In this document: positions 50,216-62,437 of the stretch, piece by piece
Layout: every line of letters starts with the position of its first letter
How positions within the stretch are numbered: position 1 is the stretch's first letter
Assembly (NCBI GenBank): GCA_003164215.1
Contig: PLSR01000003.1
Span: 28,892 to 92,891, forward strand
Source of the DNA: Candidatus Kaiserbacteria bacterium
Lineage (GTDB): Bacteria; Patescibacteriota; Minisyncoccia; Phycocordibacterales; UBA2100
Direction: 5' to 3'
Length of the DNA: 64,000 bases
Made by a program: the position numbers and the translations under genes
Notes under the pieces: model-generated
The model's database searches: none
What the model was told of the DNA's origin: nothing
What the model saw: the letters and a program-made list of their open reading frames with translations, nothing else

Positions 50216-51505
50216 TTAATCGCGTGTCAAACTTCGGTCTCGTCGCTTCCGATGCCAGCTGATAGCGAAACGATGCGCTTCGGCGTTGGCGAGCAGGATG
50301 TCGTGCTCGTAGGCTTTAATCGCACGCGAATCCCCTATCAAATGATCCGCCTTATGCGCATCATTTTTCACGACGCCGACGATCGGAATCTCAACGCCTG
50401 CACTTTTCAAGACTCGCTGTGCCGCACGAAGCTGCGCCGTACCGCCATCGACGACAAATACGCGCGGTAGAGGCCATTCGGCGTGCTCTAGGCGGCGTGA
50501 GAGCACCTCCTCGAGTGATGCGACATCGTCGTTGGTCGAGGTTTTGATCTTGAACTTTCGATATGCTTCCTTCAGTGCCATCCCATCGCGGACGACGGTC
50601 ATTACAGCGACAGTCTCCGTGCCGCCAGTGTGCGCCGTGTCATACGCCTCGATACGGCCATTTACCCCGAGTTCACTCGAGGGGCCGCCCGAGGAGATTC
50701 GATTCTCATCGTTCTTGATGAGCGACACATCGCGGATATGTTCAAGCGCTCCGATTTGTCGATGCAGCATCTGTGCATCTTCGAATCGCTCGGCGACAGC
50801 GGCGGCTTTCATCTCACGCGCGAGTTGCCGTTTGAGTCCTTGGAAATTCCCGGAGAAAAGCGCCGTGATATGCGATACGTACCGTGCATATTCTTTCTTG
50901 TCGACTTCCCCACTGCACACACCTGGACAAAGCCCGAGCTGACGGTTGAAACAAGGCTTGCACTTAGATACAAAGATCAGATCTTTGTATTTTTGGGTAT
51001 TTTCAGGGCTACACGGTGTGCACGTGTCGCGAAATGGGAATATCTTGCGTACGATCTTCAGCGCTTCCTTGAGAGACCCACCTTCCGGGAACGGTCCAAA
51101 TAATTTCTTAATATCCTTGTCGTTCCATTTCTGGAAAAGATCTCGCCCGCGCACGATCAAGACACGCGGGAAATCTTCTTTGGTGACGACCAGATAGTTG
51201 AAACTTTTGTTGTCCTTGTCGCGAATGTTGTACGGAGGCTGGTATTGCTTGATGAGATTTGCTTCGAGTATCAACGCCTCGAGAACGGAGCCGGTTTCTG
51301 TCCACGTAAGTGTATGCGCCGTCGCAGCCATCTTCGCAATGGCAGAACTTCGCGTCTCGGCGATATCCAATGCGAAATAACTCCGCACGCGATCGCGCAG
51401 CGATGCAGCTTTACCGATATACAAGATCTCATGCTTGGTGCCACGGAACATGTACACCCCCGGATGATCCGGGAGTTTGAGCGCTGCAAGTTCTTCACGT
51501 GTCAT
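50216..51505 (-). CDS. uvrC: excinuclease ABC subunit C (short, no C-terminal HhH)
   Basis: PGVY..YIGKA GIY-YIG, UVR domain ERFEDA, RIEAYD, VDGG, EAHRFAI. Confidence 0.92.
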   Translation of the reverse strand: MTREELAALKLPDHPGVYMFRGTKHEILYIGKAASLRDRVRSYFALDIAETRSSAIAKMAATAHTLTWTETGSVLEALILEANLIKQYQPPYNIRDKDNKSFNYLVVTKEDFPRVLIVRGRDLFQKWNDKDIKKLFGPFPEGGSLKEALKIVRKIFPFRDTCTPCSPENTQKYKDLIFVSKCKPCFNRQLGLCPGVCSGEVDKKEYARYVSHITALFSGNFQGLKRQLAREMKAAAVAERFEDAQMLHRQIGALEHIRDVSLIKNDENRISSGGPSSELGVNGRIEAYDTAHTGGTETVAVMTVVRDGMALKEAYRKFKIKTSTNDDVASLEEVLSRRLEHAEWPLPRVFVVDGGTAQLRAAQRVLKSAGVEIPIVGVVKNDAHKADHLIGDSRAIKAYEHDILLANAEAHRFAISWHRKRRDRSLTRD

Positions 51506-51547
51506 CAGGCAACAATATACAAATATCGAAAGTATGCAAAAGAAGTC

Positions 51548-51570
51548 GCCGCGATCCATGGGATCGCGGC
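51548..51570 (-). terminator. hairpin, probable terminator
   Basis: GCCGCGATCC-ATG-GGATCGCGGC with T-rich tail on the minus strand. Confidence 0.55.
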
Positions 51571-51576
51571 TTTGAC

Positions 51577-51882
51577 TTATGCGGAGATCTCTGATGCCCG
51601 CTTCTCGGCATAGAACTTCGTTCGTGAGCCCGTCCGTGCCATGCGCGCGATCGTGACCCAACACAGGCTCGATCTGGTCGCCCCGCGAAGGAAATTCTTA
51701 AGCTTCCGGTCCAGCGCACCCTGCGGTGTAAGAATGTTGGCCACAAACGCGACCGCCCCGTCATCGATTGGCAACGCAACGGACTTGCCGATCTGCGCGA
51801 GAAGTCGATTTTCGATGGCGGCATTGTCCGCTCCCGACGCCATTGCCTCGACGAGATTCGCTTCGGTTATGCGATTTTCCAT
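51577..51882 (-). CDS. hypothetical protein
   Basis: 101-aa ORF with AGGGG SD-like sequence, between uvrA and uvrC. Confidence 0.55.
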   Translation of the reverse strand: MENRITEANLVEAMASGADNAAIENRLLAQIGKSVALPIDDGAVAFVANILTPQGALDRKLKNFLRGATRSSLCWVTIARMARTGSRTKFYAEKRASEISA

Positions 51883-51962
51883 TGCAACCCCCTAGGAACA
51901 CACTAAAAATATATTGTCCCACGCAAATATATCGTCCGAAGCGTCTTTCTATGGGGACAAGC

Positions 51963-54620
51963 CTATTTCTTGGCTCGTTTTAAGACTCGTTTCAGGTAGT
52001 AGCCAGTGTGCGATCCATCGGTCTTCGAAACTTCTTCGGGTGTGCCCTTCGCGACGATCTTGCCGCCGCGCGCGCCGCCTTCAGGGCCCATGTCGATGAT
52101 GTAATCCGCACATTTGAGGACGTCGAGATTATGTTCGATGACGATCACCGTATTACCTCGTTCGACGAGCTTCTGCAAAATGTCGATCAGCTTGTTCACG
52201 TCGTCATAATGCAAACCGACCGTCGGCTCATCGAGAAGATAGACGGTCTTCGTCATGAGCGGTCGGTATAATTCCGACGCGATCTTCACGCGCTGTGCTT
52301 CGCCGCCGGAAAGTGTCGTCGCGCTCTGTCCGAGCTCGAGATAGCCAAGACCAACGTCAGCAAGTGATTTCAAGCGGTCGGTCACCGCCGGTATATCTTC
52401 GAAAAAGTCGATCGCTTGTTCGACCGTCATCGTCAGCACTTCGTAAATATTCTTCTTCTTGTATTTGACATCGAGCGTTTCCTTCATAAATCGCTTGCCG
52501 TTGCAGACATCGCAGGTCACATAAACCGTCGGCAGGAAGTGCATTTCGACAGCGACGAGCCCGTTGCCCTGGCACGCCTCACAGCGCCCGCCCTTCACAT
52601 TGAATGAAAATCTGCCCGGTCCCCAGCCTCGCGCGCGTGCTTCCTCGCTCATCGCAAACATGTCACGAATGTGCGTCCAGGCACCCGTGTAGGTCGCCGG
52701 ATTCGAGCGTGGCGTGCGACCGATCGGCGATTGATCAATGAGAATGGAGCGTCCGAGATATTCGGTGCCGCTGAATTCCTTACAGTTGTAAATTTTTGCC
52801 GTACGGAAGCGTTTGTCGAATTTTGCGAGCAAGTTGCGATGCAAAACTTCGTAGAGAAATGTTGATTTTCCAGAACCGGAGACGCCGGTGATGCAGACGA
52901 GTTTAGAAAGCGGCACGTCAACGTTCAGATCTTTCATATTGAACTTGCTTGCCCCGCGTATCTTGATCTTGCCGCGGTCGGCGGTGCGGCGTTTCTCCGG
53001 GATCTCAATAGCCGTTTCCTCACGTAAATATGACAGCGTACGTGAACCCGATTTGTTGGTCTTTGCAGTAAGCAGATCTTCGAGCCAACCGGAAGCGACG
53101 ATATTGCCACCGTGCACGCCCGCGCCCGGACCGATATCAACGATATAGTCCGACGCATAGATCGTGTCCTCGTCGTGCTCGACGACGATGACGGTGTTCC
53201 CCAGGTCTCGCAGGTGCTTCAGGGTCTCGATAAGCTTGTCGTTATCGCGTTGATGTAAGCCGATCGTCGGTTCATCGAGCACGTACAGTGCTCCGACAAG
53301 GCCTGAACCGAGCTGTGATGCCAGACGGATACGCTGCGCCTCTCCGCCCGAGAGTGTATTTGCTTTGCGGTCGAGCGTCAGATATTCGATTCCGACATTG
53401 AGCATGAATTGCAGGCGCGACGTGATCTCTTTGTTGATGCCGCGCGATATGTCGGTTTCTTTGGCCGAAAGTTTGAGATGATCGAAAAACGATTGCGCAT
53501 TTTCGATCGACAGCGAGGAAAGACTCACGATGTTCATGCCCGTTGCTGGACCTTTATGATCCGCTGGCTCTTTAACGGGGCCCAGAAATACGTTCAACGC
53601 TTCGGGTCGCAGACGCGCACCTTTGCAGACCGGGCACTCTTCATCACTAAAGAGATAGAGCGTGCCGAGGCCTTTGCATTCGGGACAAGCACCATACGGA
53701 CTATTGAATGAGAAAAGGCGCGGCTCGACTTCGGGAAATGAAAAGCCATCATACGGGCACATAAATTTCGCCGAGACGATGTGCGGCGCACCTGCTGCGT
53801 CAGTGATCTTGACCAAACCTTCCGATTCGTGGAGCGCGCGCTCGATCGCCTCGCTCGCACGCTCTCGGGCAGCCTTTGAATCGTCGACGAATTCCGAGAC
53901 AAAGATCTCATCAACAATCACATCGATATCATGCCGATCATTCTTCTCAAGGATGATACGTTCGCGCAGTGATTTTTCCTCGCCGTCAATGACGACTTTC
54001 TCGTAGCCCTTGTTCAAGAGATCATAGAGCAACTGGTAGTACTCGCCTTTGCGACCAACGACGATCGGCGAACTGATGCGGATCTTCGCGTCCGTAACTC
54101 CAGCGATCAAGGTCTGACCTTTCGATTTCCCCAAGGTCGGCCCTTTTGACTTTCGGGCCTTTTCAACGATATCAAGAACAGATGCGAGTATTTCTTCGTT
54201 CGATTGTTTCTTCACTTCCCTGCCGCATTCCGGACAATGCGGATGACCGATACGCGCATAGAGGACACGCAGGTAGTCATAGATCTCGGTGATCGTCGCA
54301 ACGGTCGAACGCGGGTTGTTGGAACGCGATTTTTGATCAATAGAAATTGCGGGCGAAAGGCCGGTGATCTCGTCGACATCGGGCTTCTGCATTTGCCGCA
54401 AGAATTGCCGCGCATAGGCGGAAAGCGACTCGACATATTTGCGCTGACCTTCGGCGAAGATCGTATCGAACGCGAGCGATGACTTCCCCGAACCCGAAAG
54501 TCCGGTGAATACCACCATTTTATTGCGCGGGATCTCCACGTTCACGTTCTTCAAGTTGTGCGTCCGCGCGCCCTTGATGACGATCTTGCCAGCGTCGAAG
54601 TTTTTTGATTTATCATCCAT
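51963..54620 (-). CDS. uvrA: excinuclease ABC subunit A
   Basis: [16 protein letters not shown] twice, GVSGSGKS, zinc fingers. Confidence 0.98.
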   Translation of the reverse strand: MDDKSKNFDAGKIVIKGARTHNLKNVNVEIPRNKMVVFTGLSGSGKSSLAFDTIFAEGQRKYVESLSAYARQFLRQMQKPDVDEITGLSPAISIDQKSRSNNPRSTVATITEIYDYLRVLYARIGHPHCPECGREVKKQSNEEILASVLDIVEKARKSKGPTLGKSKGQTLIAGVTDAKIRISSPIVVGRKGEYYQLLYDLLNKGYEKVVIDGEEKSLRERIILEKNDRHDIDVIVDEIFVSEFVDDSKAARERASEAIERALHESEGLVKITDAAGAPHIVSAKFMCPYDGFSFPEVEPRLFSFNSPYGACPECKGLGTLYLFSDEECPVCKGARLRPEALNVFLGPVKEPADHKGPATGMNIVSLSSLSIENAQSFFDHLKLSAKETDISRGINKEITSRLQFMLNVGIEYLTLDRKANTLSGGEAQRIRLASQLGSGLVGALYVLDEPTIGLHQRDNDKLIETLKHLRDLGNTVIVVEHDEDTIYASDYIVDIGPGAGVHGGNIVASGWLEDLLTAKTNKSGSRTLSYLREETAIEIPEKRRTADRGKIKIRGASKFNMKDLNVDVPLSKLVCITGVSGSGKSTFLYEVLHRNLLAKFDKRFRTAKIYNCKEFSGTEYLGRSILIDQSPIGRTPRSNPATYTGAWTHIRDMFAMSEEARARGWGPGRFSFNVKGGRCEACQGNGLVAVEMHFLPTVYVTCDVCNGKRFMKETLDVKYKKKNIYEVLTMTVEQAIDFFEDIPAVTDRLKSLADVGLGYLELGQSATTLSGGEAQRVKIASELYRPLMTKTVYLLDEPTVGLHYDDVNKLIDILQKLVERGNTVIVIEHNLDVLKCADYIIDMGPEGGARGGKIVAKGTPEEVSKTDGSHTGYYLKRVLKRAKK

Positions 54621-54758
54621 ATGTATACGTATTTTCCACTTAGAAACTCGGCTCTCAAGTACTTTCGTCCACACCAACTCCGACCCCCGCTTTGCACTAG
54701 GGGTTGGCTTGTCCCGAGGGAGCTCGCTCCTTTTCGGGGTATGGGCACTATACCATAG

Positions 54759-55685
54759 TCAGAAAATCGCCGCTTCTTCTGTCAGGGTGACGCCGAATTT
54801 CTCATGCACGGCGATCTTGATCTCCATCGCAAGATTGCGAACGTCATCTGCCGTCGCATTGCCGGTATTCACGATGTAATTAGGATGCTGGAGGCTCGCC
54901 ATCGCATCGCCGACTTTTGCTCCTTTCATGCCGGATTTTTCGATAAGCCAACCGGCGGGCACGCGGCCTTCGCGCGCCGTCGTATTCTTTTCTTGTTCGA
55001 ACATTTCTTGCACGTGCCGCGGAGCTCGAGGATTCATAAAAAAAGAGCCGGCAGCTTTGACATTCTGCAGATGGCGTTTCTCGCGCTCGGCAATCGTTCG
55101 TTCAATCAGATTCAGACTTTCTTCACGATCAACACCTCTAAGATTCATAAACTCCGCATCCGTGATAATCCATTCAGGATGATCTTTAAAATAGGAGTGT
55201 CGATAGGCAAAATTACATTCCGCGTTCGTGAATTCTTTGATTTCTTCAGTATTTGCATTTACAGCCCGGACAAGAGTGACAAAATCTTTGATTTCGGAAC
55301 CGAAAGCTCCTGCATTACCACGTATTGCACCACCAACACTTCCAGGGATTCCTGCAAGTTTCTCCCACCCACCAAGTGTCGCATCTGACGCACCTCTGAT
55401 TGTTGAAAGTAAATTCACTCCCGCACAAACCCCGTTATCTCCGCCCCCAAAGTCATAACCTTCAAGTAATATATGAACAACAAGCGCATCGATTCCGCTA
55501 TCGGACACCAAAACATTACTCCCACCTCCAAGCACAACTAGCTCGATATCTCTGGTTTTACTCCATGAAATGGCTTCGCGGATTTCTGAAATTGATTTTA
55601 CATCGACAAAGTATTTCGCCTTTCCACCGATCTTGAATGTCGTAAGTAGTGCGAGCGGAACATCTTGTCGAATATCCAATGTCAT
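54759..55685 (-). CDS. murB: UDP-N-acetylmuramate dehydrogenase
   Basis: [35 protein letters not shown]. Confidence 0.95.
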   Translation of the reverse strand: MTLDIRQDVPLALLTTFKIGGKAKYFVDVKSISEIREAISWSKTRDIELVVLGGGSNVLVSDSGIDALVVHILLEGYDFGGGDNGVCAGVNLLSTIRGASDATLGGWEKLAGIPGSVGGAIRGNAGAFGSEIKDFVTLVRAVNANTEEIKEFTNAECNFAYRHSYFKDHPEWIITDAEFMNLRGVDREESLNLIERTIAEREKRHLQNVKAAGSFFMNPRAPRHVQEMFEQEKNTTAREGRVPAGWLIEKSGMKGAKVGDAMASLQHPNYIVNTGNATADDVRNLAMEIKIAVHEKFGVTLTEEAAIF

Positions 55686-55689
55686 ATCG

Positions 55690-57774
55690 TTACTCTTTGA
55701 GTTTCGCCTTTTTCTTCGCCGCCGGATCTTTCGGCGGATTTTCAAGGCGTGAAATTTCATCGCGCAGTAGGGCGGCGGTTTCGAAGTCGAGGGCATCAGC
55801 CGCCTTATGCATTTCCTGGCGTTTCTCTTTGATCAATTTCTTTACATCGCCACCATATGCCGCAACGTCGGTCTGCGCCAGGTCGGATACCGCGCGCGTG
55901 CGTGCCTTTTGAATATCGCCGACGATGTCGTGAATGCGTTTGATGATCGTTTGCGGAGTAATGCCATGTGCCTTGTTGTATGCGATCTGTATATCGCGAC
56001 GACGATTCGTTTCGCCAACGGCACGGTCAAGTGAGCCCGTCATATGATCTGCATACAGAATGACGCGTCCTTCGACGTTGCGTGCCGCACGTCCAATAGT
56101 TTGAATGAGGGACGTCTCACTACGAAGGAATCCTTCTTTGTCCGCGTCGAGAATTCCCACAAGCTCGACTTCGGGAAGATCGAGTCCTTCGCGCAAGAGG
56201 TTCACGCCCACAAGCACATCGAATTCCCCACGACGAAATGCGGTAAGGATCTCGATACGTTCGATCGTTTTGATGTCGCTGTGAATGTATTTGGCGCGGA
56301 TCTGTTTTTCGACCAGGAATTGGGCAAGGTCTTCAGCCATCTTTTTGGTGAGCACCGTTACCATACTTCGTGCTCCGCGTGCCGTGACCTTTTCTGCCTC
56401 CGTAATGAAATCTTTGACCTGCCCCGGGTACGGATTCCCAAAGGTCTGACCTTGGGCTCCCTTAAGGTCGGACCTTGAGGAATCCGCCGACCCACTTACC
56501 ACCGGCCGGATAACGATCTCCGGATCAACGAGACCCGTCGGACGAATAACTTGCGAGATCGGTTCGCCGCTGCGCTCAAGTTCAAATGTGCCGGGTGTTG
56601 CTGATGTATAGATCGTCTGCCCGTGGCGCTTTTGGAATTCATCGAATTTGAGCGGACGATTGTCCAATGCACTTGGAAGTCGAAAACCATATTGTATGAG
56701 CGTCTCTTTGCGGGCACGATCGCCCGCGTACATCCCGCCAATCTGCGGGATCGTCACGTGCGATTCATCAATAACGGTAAGGAAATCCTTCGGAAAATAA
56801 CTCAAAAGTGTATAAGGTGGTTCGCCGGGTTTTCTTCGATCGAAATGGCGAGAATAATTCTCGATACCGTTGCAATAGCCGAACTCCTTGATCATCGAAA
56901 TATCTTGTCGTACGCGGCGCTTGAGGCGCTCATGCTCGATCACTTTGTCAGGGCCCTCCAATTGCTTCAACCGTTCGGCAAGCTCCTGTTCGATATCGGC
57001 GACCGCCGCATCTTGAACGTCTTTCGGCGTAACATAATGCTTTGCGGGAAAGAAGAATACTGAATCGACAGATCGCTCAATGACGCGTGTGATCGCGTTG
57101 ATCTCCTCGATCTTCGTGACTTTACCACCCATGAGATCAATGCGGTGAATGACGCGTTCATTCGCCGGCATGACTTCAATGGTCGAACCGAGTGCACGAA
57201 AGGTGCCTGGCGAAAGATCCCCTGCAACCCGCTCGAAATACATGCCGATCAGTTTTCGCGTGAGCGCGGCACGCGTCATCGCCTCTCCTTTTGCAATTTT
57301 CAAATTCACCTTTTGATATTCAATCGGGCTACCGAGTCCATAGATGCACGAGACCGACGCGACGACAATAACGTCATCGCGCGAAAGCAGAGCTTGTGTC
57401 GCTGCATGTCGCAGACGTTCGATGTCTTCGTTCACCATCGCTTCCTTCTCGATGAACGTGTCCGTTACCGGCATATATGCCTCCGGCTGATAGTAGTCGT
57501 AGTACGAAACGAAATAGTGCACAGCCGCATCTGGAAAGAACTCGCGATATTCGGCAGCGAGTTGTGCGGCGAGCGTCTTATTGTGTGCGATGACCAAGGT
57601 CGGCTTCTGCCATTGTTCAATGACATTCGCGATCGTGAACGTTTTACCCGAGCCCGTCACGCCCAAAAGCGTCTGGTCGCGCGTACCCGATTTAAGCCCA
57701 TTAACTAAGGACGTTATCGCCTTCGGCTGATCCCCCGCCGGTGTATAGTCCGATTTGATCTTGAACTGCGCCAT
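55690..57774 (-). CDS. uvrB: excinuclease ABC subunit B
   Basis: GVTGSGKT, YYDYYQPEAY, DESH, NLLREGLD, QTIGRAARN. Confidence 0.98.
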   Translation of the reverse strand: MAQFKIKSDYTPAGDQPKAITSLVNGLKSGTRDQTLLGVTGSGKTFTIANVIEQWQKPTLVIAHNKTLAAQLAAEYREFFPDAAVHYFVSYYDYYQPEAYMPVTDTFIEKEAMVNEDIERLRHAATQALLSRDDVIVVASVSCIYGLGSPIEYQKVNLKIAKGEAMTRAALTRKLIGMYFERVAGDLSPGTFRALGSTIEVMPANERVIHRIDLMGGKVTKIEEINAITRVIERSVDSVFFFPAKHYVTPKDVQDAAVADIEQELAERLKQLEGPDKVIEHERLKRRVRQDISMIKEFGYCNGIENYSRHFDRRKPGEPPYTLLSYFPKDFLTVIDESHVTIPQIGGMYAGDRARKETLIQYGFRLPSALDNRPLKFDEFQKRHGQTIYTSATPGTFELERSGEPISQVIRPTGLVDPEIVIRPVVSGSADSSRSDLKGAQGQTFGNPYPGQVKDFITEAEKVTARGARSMVTVLTKKMAEDLAQFLVEKQIRAKYIHSDIKTIERIEILTAFRRGEFDVLVGVNLLREGLDLPEVELVGILDADKEGFLRSETSLIQTIGRAARNVEGRVILYADHMTGSLDRAVGETNRRRDIQIAYNKAHGITPQTIIKRIHDIVGDIQKARTRAVSDLAQTDVAAYGGDVKKLIKEKRQEMHKAADALDFETAALLRDEISRLENPPKDPAAKKKAKLKE

Positions 57775-57819
57775 GGAGACTACTGTAGCAGGATTGCGCG
57801 AATATATAAATCTCGACGT

Positions 57820-60325
<2,506 letters not shown>

Positions 60326-60374
60326 GACGTGAAATATAGCACCTGCCTTCGCCCAAGGCTACGGGCGGACGGGT

Positions 60375-60440
60375 AAAAAAGAGACCGCCATGTCGCCACG
60401 GCGGCCTGAGTCTAGGGAGGAAACGCCCAAGGAGGGCATA
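60375..60440 (-). ncRNA. candidate small RNA resembling MmgR/suhB (alpha-r8)
   Basis: Minus strand TGCCCTCCTTGGGCG-TTTCCTCCCTAGACT followed by a GC hairpin and T6 terminator. Confidence 0.55.
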
Positions 60441-60532
60441 TGCGGCAGGTCATGCCACACCTCCTTCACCGTAGCAGTTCATCCAAATTTGTCTATGTGC
60501 GAGAGGTGTGGATAACATAAACCCCCATCGTG

Positions 60533-61648
60533 CTAACGAACTGCTGTATACCGCTCTCGCGCTCCTACCTTGGTGAATACGATCTGCCATAGTTGTAGAT
60601 TGCGGACTCGGAAGGAAGCTGCGCTTGACAGCAGATAATATTTCCACATGCGATAGAAACGATCGTCGTAACTGCTTTTGACAGAATCCCAATTCGTATC
60701 GAAGTTGGAGAACCAAGCCATAAGGGTCGTGTCATAATCCGGACCGAAGTTGTGCCAATCTTCCATAGAGAAAAGATCACCCGCCGCACGTCCAATCTGT
60801 TCGATCGATGGAACGAGCCCGTTGGGGAAAATGTATTTTTCGATCCAGGGGTCGGTGCCATAGGTCGACTTATTACCGCCGATCGTATGTAAAAGAAAAT
60901 ACCCGTCTCTTTTCAAGAGCGCATGTACCTTCTCCATATAGGAACGGTAATTCTTATAGCCAACATGTTCGAACATGCCGATCGAGATCACATGGTCATA
61001 CGCGCCTTCGTGCTCGTGATAATCCTGGAGAAGCGTCTCGATCGGTAAACCTCTCCGGTGTTCGTCGGCATACGCCTTCTGTGCGCGCGACACGGTGAGC
61101 CCTGTGCCGGATGCATCATACCGCTCTGCGGCGAACCGCAAGAAACTTCCCCATCCGGATCCGATATCGAGAATGTGCTGCCCCTTTTCCAATCCGATCT
61201 TTCTACACACTAAGTCGAGCTTCGCTTCCTGTGCCTCGTCAAGTGTCGTCGCGTTATTCCAATAGCCGCACGAGTAGACGAGCCGCTCGCCGAGCATTGC
61301 CGCATAGAGATCGTTGCCGATGTCATAGTGACGCTCACCGACCTCGAACGCGTGTCGTTTCTGCAGATTGATGATCCGTGCACGTAGATAGTGCCAGATG
61401 ACGGCGGGATTGATCCCGACCTTTTGTTCCAGATTACCGCTCAAGATCTTTGCGATAAGTTCATCGACGCGCTCCGCATCCCACCAGCCATCCATGTACG
61501 ACTCACCGAAACCCAGGGTCCCGCTTGCAAGCACCCGATCATAAAAGCGCGCATCGTGGACCTGAATATCCCACGTTCGATTACCGTTCACTTCAATGCC
61601 CGCCTTCGCGAAGGCGTCTCTGAATATTCGCTCCGTTTTTGCGGTCAC
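60533..61648 (-). CDS. cfa: cyclopropane fatty acyl phospholipid synthase
   Basis: GESYMDGWW, HYDIGNDLY, YSCGYW, LDIGSGWG, SIGMFEHVG, KYIFPNG. Confidence 0.95.
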   Translation of the reverse strand: MTAKTERIFRDAFAKAGIEVNGNRTWDIQVHDARFYDRVLASGTLGFGESYMDGWWDAERVDELIAKILSGNLEQKVGINPAVIWHYLRARIINLQKRHAFEVGERHYDIGNDLYAAMLGERLVYSCGYWNNATTLDEAQEAKLDLVCRKIGLEKGQHILDIGSGWGSFLRFAAERYDASGTGLTVSRAQKAYADEHRRGLPIETLLQDYHEHEGAYDHVISIGMFEHVGYKNYRSYMEKVHALLKRDGYFLLHTIGGNKSTYGTDPWIEKYIFPNGLVPSIEQIGRAAGDLFSMEDWHNFGPDYDTTLMAWFSNFDTNWDSVKSSYDDRFYRMWKYYLLSSAASFRVRNLQLWQIVFTKVGARERYTAVR

Positions 61649-61816
61649 AGCGCGGTCATTCTAGGCATCATTCGTGAAGGGATCGTGAGCAGAAGTAACG
61701 AAGGTATTCGTCTTCATGAAAGCTTAATCATCGATTTGGCATGATGTAGGCATGCAAAGGGTCGATCGGTTTTCATTTGGTACGTCTATTAATCTAATTT
61801 CTTCACAACATCCTGT

Positions 61817-62383
61817 ATGAACAAAAATATCGTTATCGGCGGTATTATCGTCGTTATTATCATTCTGATCGGTTTCTGGTATGTCGCATCTATGACCCCT
61901 ACCACACCGGCTGTGGGCACATCTACTACTGCGACAACAACGGCAACGTCTACCGCGACGACCGTGCCGGCTACTACGGCACCAGCGACGGTCGCGACCA
62001 AGAGCGCATTCAAAAGTATCTTTACGCAGTCCGGAAATCACGAGTGCACCTATCAGCAAGTCGGAGCGTCCACGCAAACGACGAGCGTCATTTACATCTC
62101 CGACGGAAAGATGCGCGGCGAATTCCGCACTACGGGTACCGTCACTTCATCGAATCTCATGATCTACAACGGCGGTTATCTCTATAGTTGGGTCGAGGGC
62201 ACAACAGTCGGAAAGAAGACGAGCATCAATTCCCTTGCGGATCTGCCGGCGGTCATTCCGCAAGATCTCACGAGCGGAGCGATATACGGCACGGCGAGCG
62301 ACAGCGTGGGCTGGGACTGCCAAGATTGGTTGACGGACAACAGTATTTTCGTCATCCCGACGTACGTGAAGTTTACGACGTAG
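61817..62383 (+). CDS. exported protein with Thr-rich linker
   Basis: N-terminal TM, Thr/Ala tract, two Cys, ISDGKMRGEF. Confidence 0.75.
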   Translation: MNKNIVIGGIIVVIIILIGFWYVASMTPTTPAVGTSTTATTTATSTATTVPATTAPATVATKSAFKSIFTQSGNHECTYQQVGASTQTTSVIYISDGKMRGEFRTTGTVTSSNLMIYNGGYLYSWVEGTTVGKKTSINSLADLPAVIPQDLTSGAIYGTASDSVGWDCQDWLTDNSIFVIPTYVKFTT

Positions 62384-62403
62384 GAATTCATTTCCTGCAC
62401 AGC

Positions 62404-62435
62404 AAGATCGCCGCACTTCGCGGCGATCTTGTTTT
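62404..62435 (+). terminator. intrinsic terminator between convergent genes
   Basis: AAGATCGCCGC-ACTTC-GCGGCGATCTT-GTTTT. Confidence 0.75.
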
Positions 62436-62437
62436 AA

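Noticed and set aside
54660-54750. SRP RNA or a tRNA in the murB-uvrA gap
   Set aside because: No SRP domain-IV motif (CAGG...GGAAGCAGC) and no cloverleaf or T-loop on either strand.
60507-60515. DnaA box TGTGGATAA (near-matches at about 39710 and 48207) as a replication origin
   Set aside because: The boxes are isolated, with no cluster, no dnaA/dnaN and no switch in gene orientation.
60326-60530. T-box riboswitch upstream of tyrS
   Set aside because: No AAGGTGGTACC/GGTGGNACCGCG-type T-box consensus precedes the terminator.
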